Positions 60,500 through 64,000 of a DNA stretch of 64,000 bases are shown here, in pieces (position 1 is the first letter of the stretch; each line of letters begins with the position of its first letter). The notes under the pieces were generated by a model. It was not told the origin of the DNA. It saw only the letters and a list, made by a program, of their open reading frames with translations, and made no database searches. The position numbers were made by a program, and so were the translations under genes. Location of the stretch: NCBI RefSeq assembly GCF_009914755.1, contig NC_060929.1. One strand, 5' to 3'. This DNA comes from the human T2T-CHM13v2.0 reference genome, Homo sapiens.

Positions 60500-61275
60500 A
60501 ACATTTAATTTTATGATCATTTTAGATTTCCAGAAAAGTCACAAAAATAATAGAATTTCAGCATACTCCTCACCTGGTTTCCTCCATTATTAACATATTA
60601 CCAGAGTACATTTGTCAAAAATAAGAAACTGACATTTAATACATTGTCAATTATTAACCCCAGACTTTATTTGGAGTTTACTTATTTTTCCATTAATGTC
60701 GTCTCTGCCTTCCAGAATTCAGTCCAGGGGACTACATTGCATTTAGCTGTCATGTCTCTCCAGTTTCCTGGTCTGTGATAGTTTCTTAGTTTTTCCTTCT
60801 TTTTCATGACCTTGACAGTGTTGGGTAGTACTATACAGGTATTCTGCAGAATGTCGCCCAATTTGGGTTTGTCTGATGATTTTCTCATGATTAGATCAGG
60901 GTTATGGATTTTTAGAAAGAGTATCACAAAGAGGAAGTGTCCTTCTCATAACATCCTATCATGGGGTGTATAATAGCCACATGATGTCATGGTTGATATT
61001 AACCTTCATCACTTGGTTAGTGTTTGCTAGGCTTCTCCACTGTGAAGTTAGTGTTTTTCCCTTTGGAAGTAAGTCAGTAAATCTAACTACCCTCAGATGA
61101 GAGAGAGCAGGAATTAACTTCCTCCTCCAGGGGATACTAAAATATACATAACATAAAATTTACATTTTAACCATTTTTAAGTGTACAGTTCATATTGTTT
61201 TATAACCATCACCACCACCCATCTCTAGAACTGTTTCATTGTCTCCACTGAAACCCTGCACTCATAAAACACTAA
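60500..61275 (-). mobile_element. L1MC/MB 3' fragments
   Basis: L1M 3'UTR-like motifs. Confidence 0.65.
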
Positions 61276-61498
61276 GTGTAAAGGGAATTCTTACATTAAA
61301 TTGTTTGGCATAGCATCTGGCAATGCAGAAGGCACACAATAAGTGTGAACTATTCATAAGTCGTTTTCAGTGAGACACTTTTAGAAAGATTTTTTTCCTT
61401 CCTTTGTAGGTAATTAATCAACCTCCAAAAGAGATTCAGTAAAAATAAAAGTGATCATTTAACCTTTCCCTCTTGTAATGGTCTTTTATAAAAATTCA

Positions 61499-62142
<644 letters not shown>

Positions 62143-62212
62143 AAATGGGATTTTAGCTTATGTTTGGAAAGGGAAGTAAACGTTTTTGGCTAAAATGGTA
62201 TTTTAATTATTC

Positions 62213-62494
62213 TTTTTTTTTCTGAGACAGAGTCTTGCCCTGTCACACAGGCTGGAGTGCAATGGTGTGATCTCGGCTCAATGCAACCTCCATCTCCTGG
62301 CTTCAATCTATTCTCCTGCCTCAGCCTCCCCAGCCGCTGGGATTACAGGTGCCTGCCATCACGCTCAGCTAATTTTTGTATTTTTATTAGAGACAGGGTT
62401 TCACCATGTTGGCCAGGCTGGTCTTGAACTCCTGACCTCGTGATCCGCCCGCCCAAAATGCTGGGATTACAGGCGTGAGCCACTGCAGCCGGCC
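62213..62494 (-). mobile_element. AluS
   Basis: ttattcttt TSD. Confidence 0.92.
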
Positions 62495-62643
62495 TCTTAT
62501 TCTTTATGATATGTTTATCACCATGTTTTATAAATAATTGGTTATAATTCCATATTCTTATGTCCGTAAACCTTTCTGAATTTTTCTAACATGTAAATGA
62601 CTTTTTTCTAGAAGTTAGGAAGTCATACAGAATAATGTATTCT

Positions 62644-62930
62644 GGTTGGGTGCAGTAGCTCATGCCTATAATCCCAACACTTTGGGAGGCCAGGATCGCT
62701 TGTGGCCAGGAATTTGAGACTAGCCTGGGTAACATAGTGAGACTCTGATTCTACAAAAAAATAAAAAATTAGCTGGTGTACTGGCACGCACTTGTAATCT
62801 TAGCTACTCAGGAGGCTGAGGCAAGAGGATTGCTTGAACCCAGAAGTTGAAGGCTGCAGTGAGCTACAGCTGTGCCAGCGCACTCCAGCATGGACAACAG
62901 AGAGAGACCCTGTCTCATAAATAAATAAAT
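62644..62930 (+). mobile_element. AluJ abutting the exon 12 acceptor
   Basis: (TAAA)n tail; degenerate TSD 62631-62643/62928-62940. Confidence 0.88.
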
Positions 62931-62951
62931 AACATATTGTATATGTTATAG

Positions 62952-63123
62952 GGTAGAACTGTTACCATTAAGTTGAAGAATGTGAATTTTGAAGTAAAAA
63001 CTCGTGCATCTACAGTTTCATCTGTTGTTTCTACTGCAGAAGAAATATTTGCCATTGCTAAGGAATTGCTAAAAACAGAAATTGATGCTGATTTTCCACA
63101 TCCCTTGAGATTAAGGCTTATGG
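62952..63123 (+). CDS. POLK: POLK exon 12, aa 453-509 GRTVTIKLK...LRLRLM (PAD/little finger)
   Basis: ttatag| acceptor and TGG|gtatga donor, 172 nt; CDS continues beyond the window. Confidence 0.97.
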
Positions 63124-63193
63124 GTATGACTTTTTCATTTTTTTGTTTTTCCTTAAATCTGCTAGATTTTCCCAAATAATCAACTTTGGGAAT

Positions 63194-63410
63194 ACAGGGG
63201 GCCCCCAACTTAACAATGGTTCAACTTAATGATTTTTCAACTTTGCGACAGTGGGAAAGCTGTATGCTTTCAGTACACTCTTGACTTACAAGGTGGTTAC
63301 ATCCCGATAAACCCATCATAAATTGAAAGTATTGTAAATTGACTTATTATGTTTTCAATTTACAGCGGGTTTATCTGGATACAATCCTACTGTAACTCAA
63401 TGAGCACCTG
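63194..63410 (-). mobile_element. MER47/Tigger5-type element with internal inverted repeat
   Basis: TA-flanked cag...ctg termini; gataaaccc motif present in both orientations. Confidence 0.75.
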
Positions 63411-63554
63411 TATTCTCGCCTTCATTTTATTTCTTAAACCTGTTTACGAAGTTCTTCCTTTGCTGCTGCCATTTGTCTTAGTTATTAGACCCTGATGTGT
63501 GAAGCCATGATCATTAGTTTAATTCCAGTAAGGGTCAATTAAAGTTGTTATTTT

Positions 63555-63842
63555 CCTTATAACTTAATGAAATTCTTGTGGCCAGGTGTGTTTCAAAATT
63601 CAAAACTTTTCAGATTTTAGAAAGCAAATTCAGTGCATGTAGAGTATATTACGTTGTAATACTTCTTTGTGGATCTGGGGCAACACCCCCTGTTCAAACA
63701 CATTAATATTTCTGTAGCAAAACAAAATATTCAGAGACTGTAAAGACTGATGACATTAATTTAGTCATCAGGTATCACTTGTTGCTTACAATTTTCAGAA
63801 CTTTTTGGATTTTGGAATTACAGATAAAGGATTGTGACATTG
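63555..63842. mobile_element. Tigger-family (MER46C-like) relic
   Basis: ggccaggtgtgtttc...ttttcagattttag...ttttggattttggaatt motifs. Confidence 0.5.
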
Positions 63843-64000
63843 TGAAATCACATCTCCAGCCACTACATGGTAAAAAGTAACAAGCCATGTTTCCAAAGTG
63901 TACTGGTTGAAAGTATATATGTGGATCACCACTCCAAATGCACATTTTACTAGTAAGGAGTGGGTCACTAGCCATAATTTTATTTATGAAAGATATAGCA

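Overview
Primate (apparently human) genomic DNA carrying the + strand POLK gene (Y-family translesion DNA polymerase kappa). Eleven coding exons (exons 2-12 in conventional numbering, 16078-63123) splice at GT-AG sites into one open frame encoding residues 1-509: N-clasp, palm with D107/D198/E199, fingers, thumb and most of the PAD. The promoter/exon 1 and the 3' exons lie outside the window. The rest is repeat-rich intron: about 35 Alus, two near-full-length antisense L1s, older L1/L2/MIR/MaLR fragments, DNA-transposon relics and a U7 snRNA retrocopy. Most ORF-track entries are repeat-derived noise. Best leads: (1) a full-length antisense L1PA whose antisense promoter faces exon 4 and could give an N-clasp-less Pol kappa from Met91, complemented by an Alu-flanked exon 2-3 circRNA encoding the N-clasp alone; (2) a circularly permuted templated insertion at an L1 deletion; (3) an L1 3' transduction; (4) several cryptic or poison exons, one sterically exclusive with exon 7; (5) a possible antisense multi-exon relic in intron 6. 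Repeat subfamily names and edges are from recognition by eye and are approximate.
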